Below, piece by piece: positions 8,177 through 16,016 of a stretch of DNA of 17,265 bases (its first letter is position 1; each line of letters opens with the position of its first letter). The notes beneath the pieces are model-generated. The model was not told the origin of the DNA. It saw only the letters and a program-made list of their open reading frames with translations, and ran no database searches. The translations under genes and the position numbers were made by a program. Location: contig JAOUFI010000049.1 of the NCBI GenBank assembly GCA_029858305.1, forward strand, positions 1 to 17,265, written 5' to 3'. The stretch comes from Candidatus Thorarchaeota archaeon. GTDB lineage: Archaea; Asgardarchaeota; Thorarchaeia; Thorarchaeales; Thorarchaeaceae.

Positions 8177-9178
8177 TTAGAGGGGAAGACTGTCAACATA
8201 TGTAGTGTTTATGAAACCATCCAGAAATGCTACTGTATCAGCAGGTATCTTAGAAAGCTCAAGTTGATCTTCATGGATGAGGAAATTTAGGTACATCTCA
8301 AGGCCTGTTCTATTCACATTATAATCAAAGATAATACGATTGAATGCGTTTTCTACGGGAGTTTCATCCATTTCAAGCCAATCTGTAGCTATAGCTATAG
8401 CTTCCTCGGTATTGTTCACAATCCATTGCTCAGCTTCAACGTGGATATCTAATACCTTCTCTACAATATCTGGATGAGCACTGAGAAAGGTATTATCTGA
8501 GGCGATCACGCAGCAGGGATGCCGTGGCCAAATATCACTTGAAAGTGCCAAAGCCACTGACTTGTTATCATATTCAGCTTTTGCATTGAATGGCTCCCAG
8601 GAGATGAATGCTGGAACCTCAGCTGTGAGTGAGTCTGCCATTAGAGATGGCGAGATAGTATTGGCAGTGATGTTCGAGTAACTCAGTCCAGATTGATTAA
8701 GCGCTAATCTGAGAAGAAAATTCTGAACAGTTGATGGTCCTGGTTGATATACGCCTTTGCCAACTAAGTCCGGAATGGTTGTCACGTGACCAGCATCGTA
8801 TTCAGCCTTAGATACCATGATTGCTGAACCCTCAAGATTCACTGCGGCCAAAATGGTAATCATAATATCCTGATTGATCCGTTTTAGCATGGCGGGAGCC
8901 GCTCCTAAATAACCCATGTCTATCTGTCCCGCTAGGAATCCATCCATCTCGAGTGCACCATTGCCGAATTGGACAAGTTCCACTGTGATATTCTCACGTT
9001 CAAATAATCCGTTTTCAAGAGCGACACGTAGAGCCAGCTGGTGTAGGTCCTTCGACAGGTAACCTATTCTAACATCGGCAACATCTGGAGTGGTTGTTGG
9101 ATTCCAAAACACTATGACACCGATCGAAATGACAATGATTACAATTACACCTACAGCCACTGTTTCGTTCCTGTCCAA
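8177..9178 (-). CDS. NitT/TauT (SsuA/NMT1-like) ABC transporter substrate-binding protein, membrane anchored
   Basis: N-terminal hydrophobic anchor. VRIGYL..DLHQL, F.NG, GQIDMGYLG..P, WEPF and WPRHPCCV motifs. TTG start with GAGGT upstream. Co-oriented with the permease. Confidence 0.9.
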   Translation of the reverse strand: MDRNETVAVGVIVIIVISIGVIVFWNPTTTPDVADVRIGYLSKDLHQLALRVALENGLFERENITVELVQFGNGALEMDGFLAGQIDMGYLGAAPAMLKRINQDIMITILAAVNLEGSAIMVSKAEYDAGHVTTIPDLVGKGVYQPGPSTVQNFLLRLALNQSGLSYSNITANTISPSLMADSLTAEVPAFISWEPFNAKAEYDNKSVALALSSDIWPRHPCCVIASDNTFLSAHPDIVEKVLDIHVEAEQWIVNNTEEAIAIATDWLEMDETPVENAFNRIIFDYNVNRTGLEMYLNFLIHEDQLELSKIPADTVAFLDGFINTTYVDSLPL

Positions 9179-9283
9179 CTCGCGTTACCTCGTACTGAAA
9201 ATTTGTAAATTCATATAAGAGGATTGAGATAGTGGCTACCGAGTCCATCAGATTGATTAGTACGACATTGTAATTTTTTTATC

Positions 9284-9658
9284 ATGTCACTCAGAAATAG
9301 GATACCAGATCAGTTGAAGATTGGCGATTCCATGATAGGCATCACTATGGAGGAGGACCTAGCAGTATTTCCTACGAGTGACTATGTCCTCCTTGAGATA
9401 TCCCACAAAGCAGGTAGAGTGAATATTCCGAGGATTGTCAATACCCTGCAAGGCCTTGTACGGGACGACCGTAGAATGGTGGCAATCAGGGGATTTGGAT
9501 TCAAAGGCATTGGGCTCGCAGTACGAATTGCTCACGAGCTTAAGATTGGAGAGAAGATGTTTACCTACGAAATGACCTTTGATACATTTGATGCAACGGA
9601 CCCAGAGGATAACAGCCCTGTCACGAGTGTACAGATCATAGTACTGCCTCCTAAGTGA
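9284..9658 (+). CDS. Alba/SpoVS-like nucleic-acid-binding fold protein with N-terminal extension
   Basis: VAIRGFGFKGIGLAVRIAHEL resembles Alba V.IKARG.AIS.AVDVAE. The C-terminal PVTSVQIIV resembles the Alba VSTIEIVL and SpoVS TAIKLIV strands. Recognised by eye only. Confidence 0.6.
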   Translation: MSLRNRIPDQLKIGDSMIGITMEEDLAVFPTSDYVLLEISHKAGRVNIPRIVNTLQGLVRDDRRMVAIRGFGFKGIGLAVRIAHELKIGEKMFTYEMTFDTFDATDPEDNSPVTSVQIIVLPPK

Positions 9659-9698
9659 CTCGATTGTATCGTATACGGGTGTGGTGAGGGTTTGACTC

Positions 9699-10295
9699 AT
9701 GGTTGGTCAGACGGACAAGAAGAGAAAGAAACTTCGTATCAAAACGAAGTTATCAAAAATCCAATTTCCAGAAATCTGTCCGGTTTGTGTCAATGAAGCC
9801 GAGGACATTGTGTTTGTCACGGTCATTGAACGAATAGGTCCTGAAAGTTACGATTCAAGTTCAATGATTAAAGGAAGTGATAGGGCATCAGTTTCTCTTG
9901 AAGCTGCTAGAGGTGCAACAACATTTCCTGTTCCGACCTGTCTAAGACATGGCAGTAAGAGTGTGAGAAGTCTTCGAACCAAGCTCTTTGCCGTTGTAGG
10001 TTTCTTCGTATTCTTCTACCCTATTCTGTTCTTTCTCCTCCAAATCAATGCAGCATTCATCTATTCAAGACCAATCATTGAGCCTATTGCAGGTTTTATA
10101 TTCTTCACACTATTGCTTATCTTGTCACTTTTGTATGGACTATTCCCGAGGGCTCTCGAACGATCATTGAGATTTGAGAACATAAGTAGGACAAAAGACT
10201 CTGTTGAAGTAGTAATGACTAATAGTGACTATGGAAAGAGGTTCTTGAATCTGAATGAGATGTTTTCAGATAGCATAAAAGAAGACAATACATAG
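9699..10295 (+). CDS. Hypothetical membrane protein with putative Zn site (CPVC...CLRH) and two TM helices
   Basis: FPEICPVC and PTCLRH motifs, followed by two long hydrophobic segments. GGTGAGG RBS upstream. Confidence 0.75.
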   Translation: MVGQTDKKRKKLRIKTKLSKIQFPEICPVCVNEAEDIVFVTVIERIGPESYDSSSMIKGSDRASVSLEAARGATTFPVPTCLRHGSKSVRSLRTKLFAVVGFFVFFYPILFFLLQINAAFIYSRPIIEPIAGFIFFTLLLILSLLYGLFPRALERSLRFENISRTKDSVEVVMTNSDYGKRFLNLNEMFSDSIKEDNT

Positions 10296-10390
10296 TAAGT
10301 CATCAGGACGAAATTGATGGATTGGTAACCTTCAAGAGGACTATCAGCATATGCGCCATGATGAAGCTGGAGTAATAGGGAGAGAAAAAA

Positions 10391-11563
10391 GTGAGAAAAA
10401 GAGCGATTGCAATCTTCCTTTTGGGATTCATGCTGTATTTTGCTGGCAGCATGACACTTATCCCGGAATCGCATCAGCCTGCAAACGCTACTGCAAGTTC
10501 CATACTAAGTCAAGGTGATGACCCCATTTTAATTATAGGAAATTCCGAACTCTCTCAGAGTAGTTCGGGAGGGGTAGGGACAAGGTCAGAACCGTATTTG
10601 ATTTCAGGTTTGACAATCTCCTCAACAGGAACTTGCATCAGTATTCAAGACACAACTGCATTTTTTATTATCCTTGACTGTGACTTGGAAAGCACGACAA
10701 GAACAGTTTCAGTCGTAATTTTCAATAATGTAGAACACGGGATAATAGAGAACTGTTACATCGAAGGGGGTTTAAATGGTGCATACCTCTTACTCTCTAC
10801 AGATTGTACAGTGAAGGATAGCACATTTCTAGATAATTCCAATGGCATCCAACTTGATAGGTCTGAAAATTGCACAATAAGTGATTGTAATTCATTCAGC
10901 AATACTGTTGGGATACTAATTAGCAATTCAAGAAGTACGACAGTAGTCAATAGTTCTATCTACAGTAACTCGATGCGAGGAATAAGTATAATCTTGTATT
11001 CTGAAGACACTACAATTTTCCAGAACAATATTGGTTGGAATACGTTTAACGCATTTAATGATGCAAATACTACTGAATTCACTAATGGGATTGATACTGG
11101 TAATGCATGGTCAGATTACCAGGGATTAGGTAACTATGAGATTCCAGGATCTTTCCCTGTTATAGATATATTCGCAACTGTTCTCAGTGATACGCAAAGT
11201 CCCGCCATAGATTCTCCTCTCGACAAGGTCTTCGATGTCGAGAGCTACGGGGAAACTCTCACATGGATGGCTTCAGACGACTTCGCTCTCTCATATATTC
11301 TGTACATAGATGATGTTTCGCAAGGTTCAGAGCCATGGGATGGGAGAGAGATTACTATTTCACTTGATACATTATCTACTGGAACCCATATGTTTGTTCT
11401 CACGGTCTTTGATGCATCAATCAACGAAGCTAGCGATGGGGTCGAAGTAACAGCGGTGTCCTTCATGCTCGGAGGTATAGGCACTGAGCTGGTCATGTGG
11501 AGTTCTGCTTTGACCGTAGCTATTCTGGTCCTCGTTGTTGTGATAGCCAAAAAGATGCCATAG
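10391..11563 (+). CDS. Secreted, C-terminally anchored NosD/CASH parallel beta-helix surface protein with Ig-like domain
   Basis: Signal peptide, GVGTRSEPYLISGL, repeated N..GI.L..S.NCTI units, GNAWSDY, D.QSPAIDSPLD...LTW.ASD Ig-like unit and a C-terminal TM ending in KK. Confidence 0.85.
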   Translation: MRKRAIAIFLLGFMLYFAGSMTLIPESHQPANATASSILSQGDDPILIIGNSELSQSSSGGVGTRSEPYLISGLTISSTGTCISIQDTTAFFIILDCDLESTTRTVSVVIFNNVEHGIIENCYIEGGLNGAYLLLSTDCTVKDSTFLDNSNGIQLDRSENCTISDCNSFSNTVGILISNSRSTTVVNSSIYSNSMRGISIILYSEDTTIFQNNIGWNTFNAFNDANTTEFTNGIDTGNAWSDYQGLGNYEIPGSFPVIDIFATVLSDTQSPAIDSPLDKVFDVESYGETLTWMASDDFALSYILYIDDVSQGSEPWDGREITISLDTLSTGTHMFVLTVFDASINEASDGVEVTAVSFMLGGIGTELVMWSSALTVAILVLVVVIAKKMP

Positions 11564-11594
11564 AGTTAGGGAAGCAAACTAAGAATTGATACAC

Positions 11595-11614
11595 AAAACA
11601 AGCTCGCTTGTTTT
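11595..11614. promoter_or_regulatory. Perfect inverted repeat AAAACAAGC-TC-GCTTGTTTT (operator or terminator) upstream of the por operon
   Basis: 9-bp arms seen directly. It lies between the NosD-like stop (11563) and an AT-rich TATA-like stretch (TAAATACATAA, 11631-11641). Confidence 0.45.
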
Positions 11615-11689
11615 TCATTAGTCAAGCCACTAAATACATAAGCACCCCTCTGAGAGCCTCCCCTGTGTCTTTTCCCCAGTGTAGGTGAG

Positions 11690-12271
11690 TTGACAATGGC
11701 GATGGATTTCGCACGTGGAATAACTGAATTTCGCTGGCACGGTCGCGGTGGTCAAGGTGTTGTCACCAGCAACCAGATGCTCGGCAAAGCCGCCCTCGCA
11801 GAAGGCAATTATATACAAGCTTTCCCAGAGTTTGGACCTGAGAGAACAGGTGCACCAGTGAGGGCGTTTCTGAGAATCAGTAAGGCACCAATCCAGGTGT
11901 ACGCTCAAGTGTATCACCCGGATGTTGTGGTCTGTATTGACCCAACCTTGCTTGAAGTTGTAAATCCAACTGAGGGACTAAAACCAGAAGGAACTCTTGT
12001 GCTCAATACAAGTAACGAACCAAAAGCCATCCGTGATAAGTTCGGATTCAAGGGCGGGAAGGTCGTCACTGTTGATGCGAGTACGATAGCTATGGAAGTC
12101 ATGGGTAGAGCATTCTACAACATGCCAACTATGGCAGCTGCGGTTTCTGCTACAGGTATAGTATCAGTCGACACTGTTATTGAAGAAGTTCTGAATCGGT
12201 ATCCTGGAAAAGTTGGAGCATTGAACAAGACTGCTATCGAGAGAGCTGTTCAGGAGGCAAAAATCGGATGA
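11690..12271 (+). CDS. porG: Pyruvate/2-ketoisovalerate:ferredoxin oxidoreductase gamma subunit
   Basis: EFRWHGRGGQGVVT, QAFPEFGPERTGAPV, DPTLL and N.PTM motifs. TTG start after AGGTGA. Confidence 0.93.
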   Translation: MTMAMDFARGITEFRWHGRGGQGVVTSNQMLGKAALAEGNYIQAFPEFGPERTGAPVRAFLRISKAPIQVYAQVYHPDVVVCIDPTLLEVVNPTEGLKPEGTLVLNTSNEPKAIRDKFGFKGGKVVTVDASTIAMEVMGRAFYNMPTMAAAVSATGIVSVDTVIEEVLNRYPGKVGALNKTAIERAVQEAKIG

Positions 12272-12564
12272 GTGAGAAGTATAATGAGATTCCAATGGCT
12301 GGCAACATCATCGAGCCAGGTAATTCATTGAAGTATAAGACTGGAGGATGGCGTGCTGAGAGACCTATCCATACTGATGAAACATGCCTCTGGATAAAGA
12401 ATGGTACCTGTGGACGTTGTTGGATCTATTGTCCTGATAACGCAGTTGTCCTGACAGAAAAGAATGGAAAATACGCCTATGCATACAACTACGATTATTG
12501 CAAAGGCTGTGGAATCTGTGCAAATGAATGTCCAACAGATTCAATCAAGATGGAGAAGGAGTGA
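12268..12564 (+). CDS. porD: Pyruvate:ferredoxin oxidoreductase delta subunit (2x[4Fe-4S])
   Basis: KTGGWR..RP, CGRCWIYCPD and YDYCKGCGICANECP. ATGA overlap with porG. Confidence 0.94.
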   Translation: MSEKYNEIPMAGNIIEPGNSLKYKTGGWRAERPIHTDETCLWIKNGTCGRCWIYCPDNAVVLTEKNGKYAYAYNYDYCKGCGICANECPTDSIKMEKE

Positions 12565-12570
12565 GCTACA

Positions 12571-13764
12571 ATGAGTGTATCAAAAGACAAAATCAAGATT
12601 GAGGGACTCACTGGAGATGCTGCTATCGCACATGCGCTCAGGCAGGCAGACTTGGATGTTCTTTCAGCATACCCGATCACTCCTCAGACAATAATTGTTG
12701 AGGATTATCAGAAGTTCGCGGCAGATGGCGAAGTCAATGCAGCAGTAATTCCGGTTGAATCGGAACATTCTGCAATGAGCGCCTGTGTTGGTGCCTCAGC
12801 TGTTGGTGCGAGAGTAGCTACTGCATCAGCATCCGCAGGACTTGCACTCATGTGGGAGATTCTGTACTGTGCAGCCTCCATGAGAATGCCAATCGTCTTC
12901 ACTGTAGCAAACCGAGCGCTATCAGCTCCGATCAACATTCACAATGACCATAGTGATGGTATGGGAATGCGTGATAGCGGGTTTATTCAGCTCTACTGCC
13001 AAAGCTCACAGGAAGCATACGATACAACCCTCATGGCATTCAAGTTAGCAGAACATCATGATGTCTTGCTACCTGTCATGGTCGGCATTGATGGTTTCAT
13101 TGTAAGTCACAATGTGGAACGCGTAGAGATGCTCCCAGATGATGCAGCAAAGAAGTTCGTAGGAGTTCGGACTCCAGTCCAGCCCCTGGACCCGAAGAAT
13201 CCAATCACCATGGGACCACTGGCTTTGACTGATTATTACTTTGAGTTCAAAGAGCAACAGGATAGGGCGATGCAGCAAGTCATCAAAGTGTACAAAGAGG
13301 TCGAGGCTGAGTTCGAGAAACTTACTGGTCGAAAATATGGAATATTCGAGACCTACAAGACCAATGACGCGGATATTATATTCCTAGCTATGAGCTCTAT
13401 GGGAGGTACTGCGAAAGTAGTTGCGGATGTTCTCAGAGAGAAGGGTGAGAAGGTCGGTGTCATTCGGTTGAAGATGTTCAGACCATTCCCAACCAAGGAG
13501 CTTGCAAAGGCCATTGGTAACGCCAAGGCAGTAGCTGTTTTTGAGAAGGCTATGTCCTTTGGAGCCGCCACCAATCCTCTAGCACTTGAAGTAAAGACTG
13601 CACTCTATGGAACTAAATCACGTCCGATAATTGCTAACTTCGTTGTAGGGCTCGGTGGACGCGATGTGCCACCAATGACCTTTGTTGAAGGATTTGAGAA
13701 GACAAAGGAGTACCTGAAGAAAGGTGAGGCTCCATTGTACGAGACACTGGGGGTGCGCAAATAA
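12571..13764 (+). CDS. porA: Pyruvate:ferredoxin oxidoreductase alpha subunit
   Basis: AYPITPQT, VESEHSAMSA, NRALSAPINIHNDHSD, DGFIVSH, FRPFP and GLGGRD. Confidence 0.95.
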   Translation: MSVSKDKIKIEGLTGDAAIAHALRQADLDVLSAYPITPQTIIVEDYQKFAADGEVNAAVIPVESEHSAMSACVGASAVGARVATASASAGLALMWEILYCAASMRMPIVFTVANRALSAPINIHNDHSDGMGMRDSGFIQLYCQSSQEAYDTTLMAFKLAEHHDVLLPVMVGIDGFIVSHNVERVEMLPDDAAKKFVGVRTPVQPLDPKNPITMGPLALTDYYFEFKEQQDRAMQQVIKVYKEVEAEFEKLTGRKYGIFETYKTNDADIIFLAMSSMGGTAKVVADVLREKGEKVGVIRLKMFRPFPTKELAKAIGNAKAVAVFEKAMSFGAATNPLALEVKTALYGTKSRPIIANFVVGLGGRDVPPMTFVEGFEKTKEYLKKGEAPLYETLGVRK

Positions 13765-14723
13765 TGGCGACAGACAACAAACCAGCAGTATCAATCAAGG
13801 ACATGATCAAGAAAGACCGAATCCTGAACTCAGGACATCGAATGTGTGCCGGATGTGCAGCTCCCGTTGTGATCAAGTTAATGGGCATGGCACTGAGAGG
13901 ACCAACTATTGTGTGTAACAACACAGGGTGCCTTGAGGTTGCGACAACAATCTATCCGTACACTGCTTGGAACTTGCCCTGGATACATGTAGCCTTTGAG
14001 AACGCAGCAGCAGTTGCCTCTGGTGTGATAGAAGCCACAAAGGTCATGCATAAGAAAGGACGATTTGACTACGAACACATTGATGTGGTTGCCCTTGGTG
14101 GAGATGGTGCATCATTTGACATTGGTTTTGGTGCAATTAGTGGTGCCATGGAACGTGGTCATGATATGGTCTACATGTGTTATGACAACGGAGCATATCA
14201 GAACACGGGCATCCAGCGATCTGGAGCAACATTCCCTGGACAAGAGACTACGACATCATGGGCAGGTAGTGTGATACCGGGTAAACTGGAACGCAAGAAA
14301 CCTCTCGCAGAGATTATTGCAGCTCACAAGATCCCCTATGTTGCCACAGCGGAGCCATCCAACTATCGTGACTTCATCACTAAGTTCCGCAAGGCGCTTG
14401 AAGTTGAAGGCCCTGCATTTGTTCATGCATTCTCCCCATGCCCAAGAGGATGGAGGTCTGCAACTGGAGAGAGCATTGCACTCTCAAAGCTTGCAGTAGA
14501 AACCGGACTACACCCACTTTATGAGGTCATCAATGGGGAAGAGTGGATCATGTCAAGTGCGAGCAAGAATCTCAAGGAACTGAAACCAGTGGATGAATAC
14601 TTCAAGACACAGGGACAGTTCAAGCACCTCTTTAAGCCAGAGTGGGAAGACTTCAGAAAGAGAATCCAAGAACAGGTTAATCATGACTGGGAACTCTTGA
14701 AGAAGAAATGCGGTGTTGACTAG
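13764..14723 (+). CDS. porB: Pyruvate:ferredoxin oxidoreductase beta subunit (TPP-binding)
   Basis: GHRMCAGC, TGCLEV, FENAAAVASG, GGDG..FDIG, YDNGAYQNTGIQRS and SPCPRGW. TAATG overlap with porA. Confidence 0.95.
   Translation: MATDNKPAVSIKDMIKKDRILNSGHRMCAGCAAPVVIKLMGMALRGPTIVCNNTGCLEVATTIYPYTAWNLPWIHVAFENAAAVASGVIEATKVMHKKGRFDYEHIDVVALGGDGASFDIGFGAISGAMERGHDMVYMCYDNGAYQNTGIQRSGATFPGQETTTSWAGSVIPGKLERKKPLAEIIAAHKIPYVATAEPSNYRDFITKFRKALEVEGPAFVHAFSPCPRGWRSATGESIALSKLAVETGLHPLYEVINGEEWIMSSASKNLKELKPVDEYFKTQGQFKHLFKPEWEDFRKRIQEQVNHDWELLKKKCGVD
14679..14723 (+). repeat. Direct repeat copy 1: last 15 codons of porB
   Basis: AATCATGACTGGGAACTCTTGAAGAAGAAATGCGGTGTTGACTAG matches 15814-15858 at 37/45 nt. 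Confidence 0.85.
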
Positions 14724-14742
14724 AGTAATTCAATGGCTGGAG

Positions 14743-15735
14743 CTACTTAGCTCCAGTTCCTTCTTCTTTTGAAAGAATATCCTGAGGATAAAGGACTGCT
14801 TCTTTCAACAGACCCAAAGTAGGAATAATCTTTGTTCGGCCAGTGTATACTAAATGAGAATATTCTCGTCCAAGATAAAATCGTAGAGGATATTGAAACT
14901 CAGTTTGTAATCGATTCAGTATCTCAATCATTGTTTCTTCTAATTGAATTGATTCAGACGAGAGAATATCAGAAGCCCAATTATCCTTGAAGAAGTATGA
15001 ATATTCAAAAATAAACCGAAGATAAAAGAACATTCCTTGAAATGTGAAGATAGCTAATGGGACACATAAAAAGAAGAATAGCAGAGTCAGTTCTCCGGAT
15101 GTAAAAGGATTGTATGTCATAGATAGCGATATGAGAAACAATACCAGAAGAGTGGCTGAGTAAAAGTGAATTCTCTTTTTCATCTTTTCTAAATCTTGTT
15201 TGATCTCATTGATGAATTCAGATGGCCATACAATCAGACCAGCAGTAGATTTTATGAATTTTGCAATCTTGGATTCATGCATTCTTGCAGTAGAACCAGA
15301 ATTTGTAGATGTTCTATAATCGGGTATTGGCAACTCTAACTCTTTTTGTTTGAAAATTTTTGAATCGATGAATATGATTGCACTTGTTATAGTTTTTCGA
15401 GATAATCCGCGAAAGCTACATTGTTTTAGTTGCAAACGATGCAATACATATGCTCTGAGTAGTAGTATAATACCGAAAAAGGATATAGCTAAACCAATGA
15501 TTTGAAATGTGCCTAAAAAGAGATTTGACAATATCCATGGATAGAAACCAAAAAAAGTCAATAATACTCCTATGGGTAATTCAGAACGATGGATAAGCTC
15601 TTCTTCATACACTGATGGATGCTCATTTTCAAGCCACCTTTCAAACTTTGAAAAACACATACCTCTTACCACGGTCAACCCCGTTGCATTATTAGTAGTT
15701 ATTCTTAAACCTTTTTTTATTGATAGATGTATCAA
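14743..15735 (-). CDS. Hypothetical AT-rich membrane protein (about 4 TM, two hairpins)
   Basis: Long ORF with two pairs of hydrophobic segments. The true start is uncertain and may be ATG at 15660 (MCFSKF...). Confidence 0.7.
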   Translation of the reverse strand: MIHLSIKKGLRITTNNATGLTVVRGMCFSKFERWLENEHPSVYEEELIHRSELPIGVLLTFFGFYPWILSNLFLGTFQIIGLAISFFGIILLLRAYVLHRLQLKQCSFRGLSRKTITSAIIFIDSKIFKQKELELPIPDYRTSTNSGSTARMHESKIAKFIKSTAGLIVWPSEFINEIKQDLEKMKKRIHFYSATLLVLFLISLSMTYNPFTSGELTLLFFFLCVPLAIFTFQGMFFYLRFIFEYSYFFKDNWASDILSSESIQLEETMIEILNRLQTEFQYPLRFYLGREYSHLVYTGRTKIIPTLGLLKEAVLYPQDILSKEEGTGAK

Positions 15736-15813
15736 TCAAACTCAGTATATAGCTCATCCTTTCATGAAACCATATCAGCTGCAGCACTATCCATTTGCAT
15801 CTGCGAAGTGGGA

Positions 15814-15858
15814 AATCACGACTGAGAACTCTTGAAGAAGCGCTGTGGTGTTGAATAA
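15814..15858 (+). pseudogene. Diverged remnant of the porB 3' end (direct repeat copy 2)
   Basis: AAT CAC GAC TGA GAA CTC TTG AAG AAG CGC TGT GGT GTT GAA TAA translates to NHD*ELLKKRCGVE*, against porB NHDWELLKKKCGVD*. Confidence 0.8.
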
Positions 15859-16016
15859 GACTAGATGAGGAGTGCCTTGGCGCTCCCCATCATCTTCTTT
15901 TTGATAATAATTATTTTGATGAACTGAACAATAGCATTTTGTGGATTGCAGAGAATAGAAGGCGGAAATGGAAAAGAAAAAGAACATGACGATATTCATA
16001 GGGAGAGAGAAATACT

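Noticed and set aside
15823-15825. In-frame TGA at a Trp position as evidence of recoding or an alternative genetic code
   Set aside because: TGA serves as a normal stop elsewhere (iorA, iorB, porG, porD) and the fragment has no start, so a nonsense mutation is simpler.
15572-15999. ORFs 15572-15835 (+) and 15787-15999 (-)
   Set aside because: They have no recognisable motifs and the region is better explained as intergenic DNA plus the porB remnant. The faint MKPY..QH..KWE similarity to the porB tail is too weak to extend the remnant confidently.
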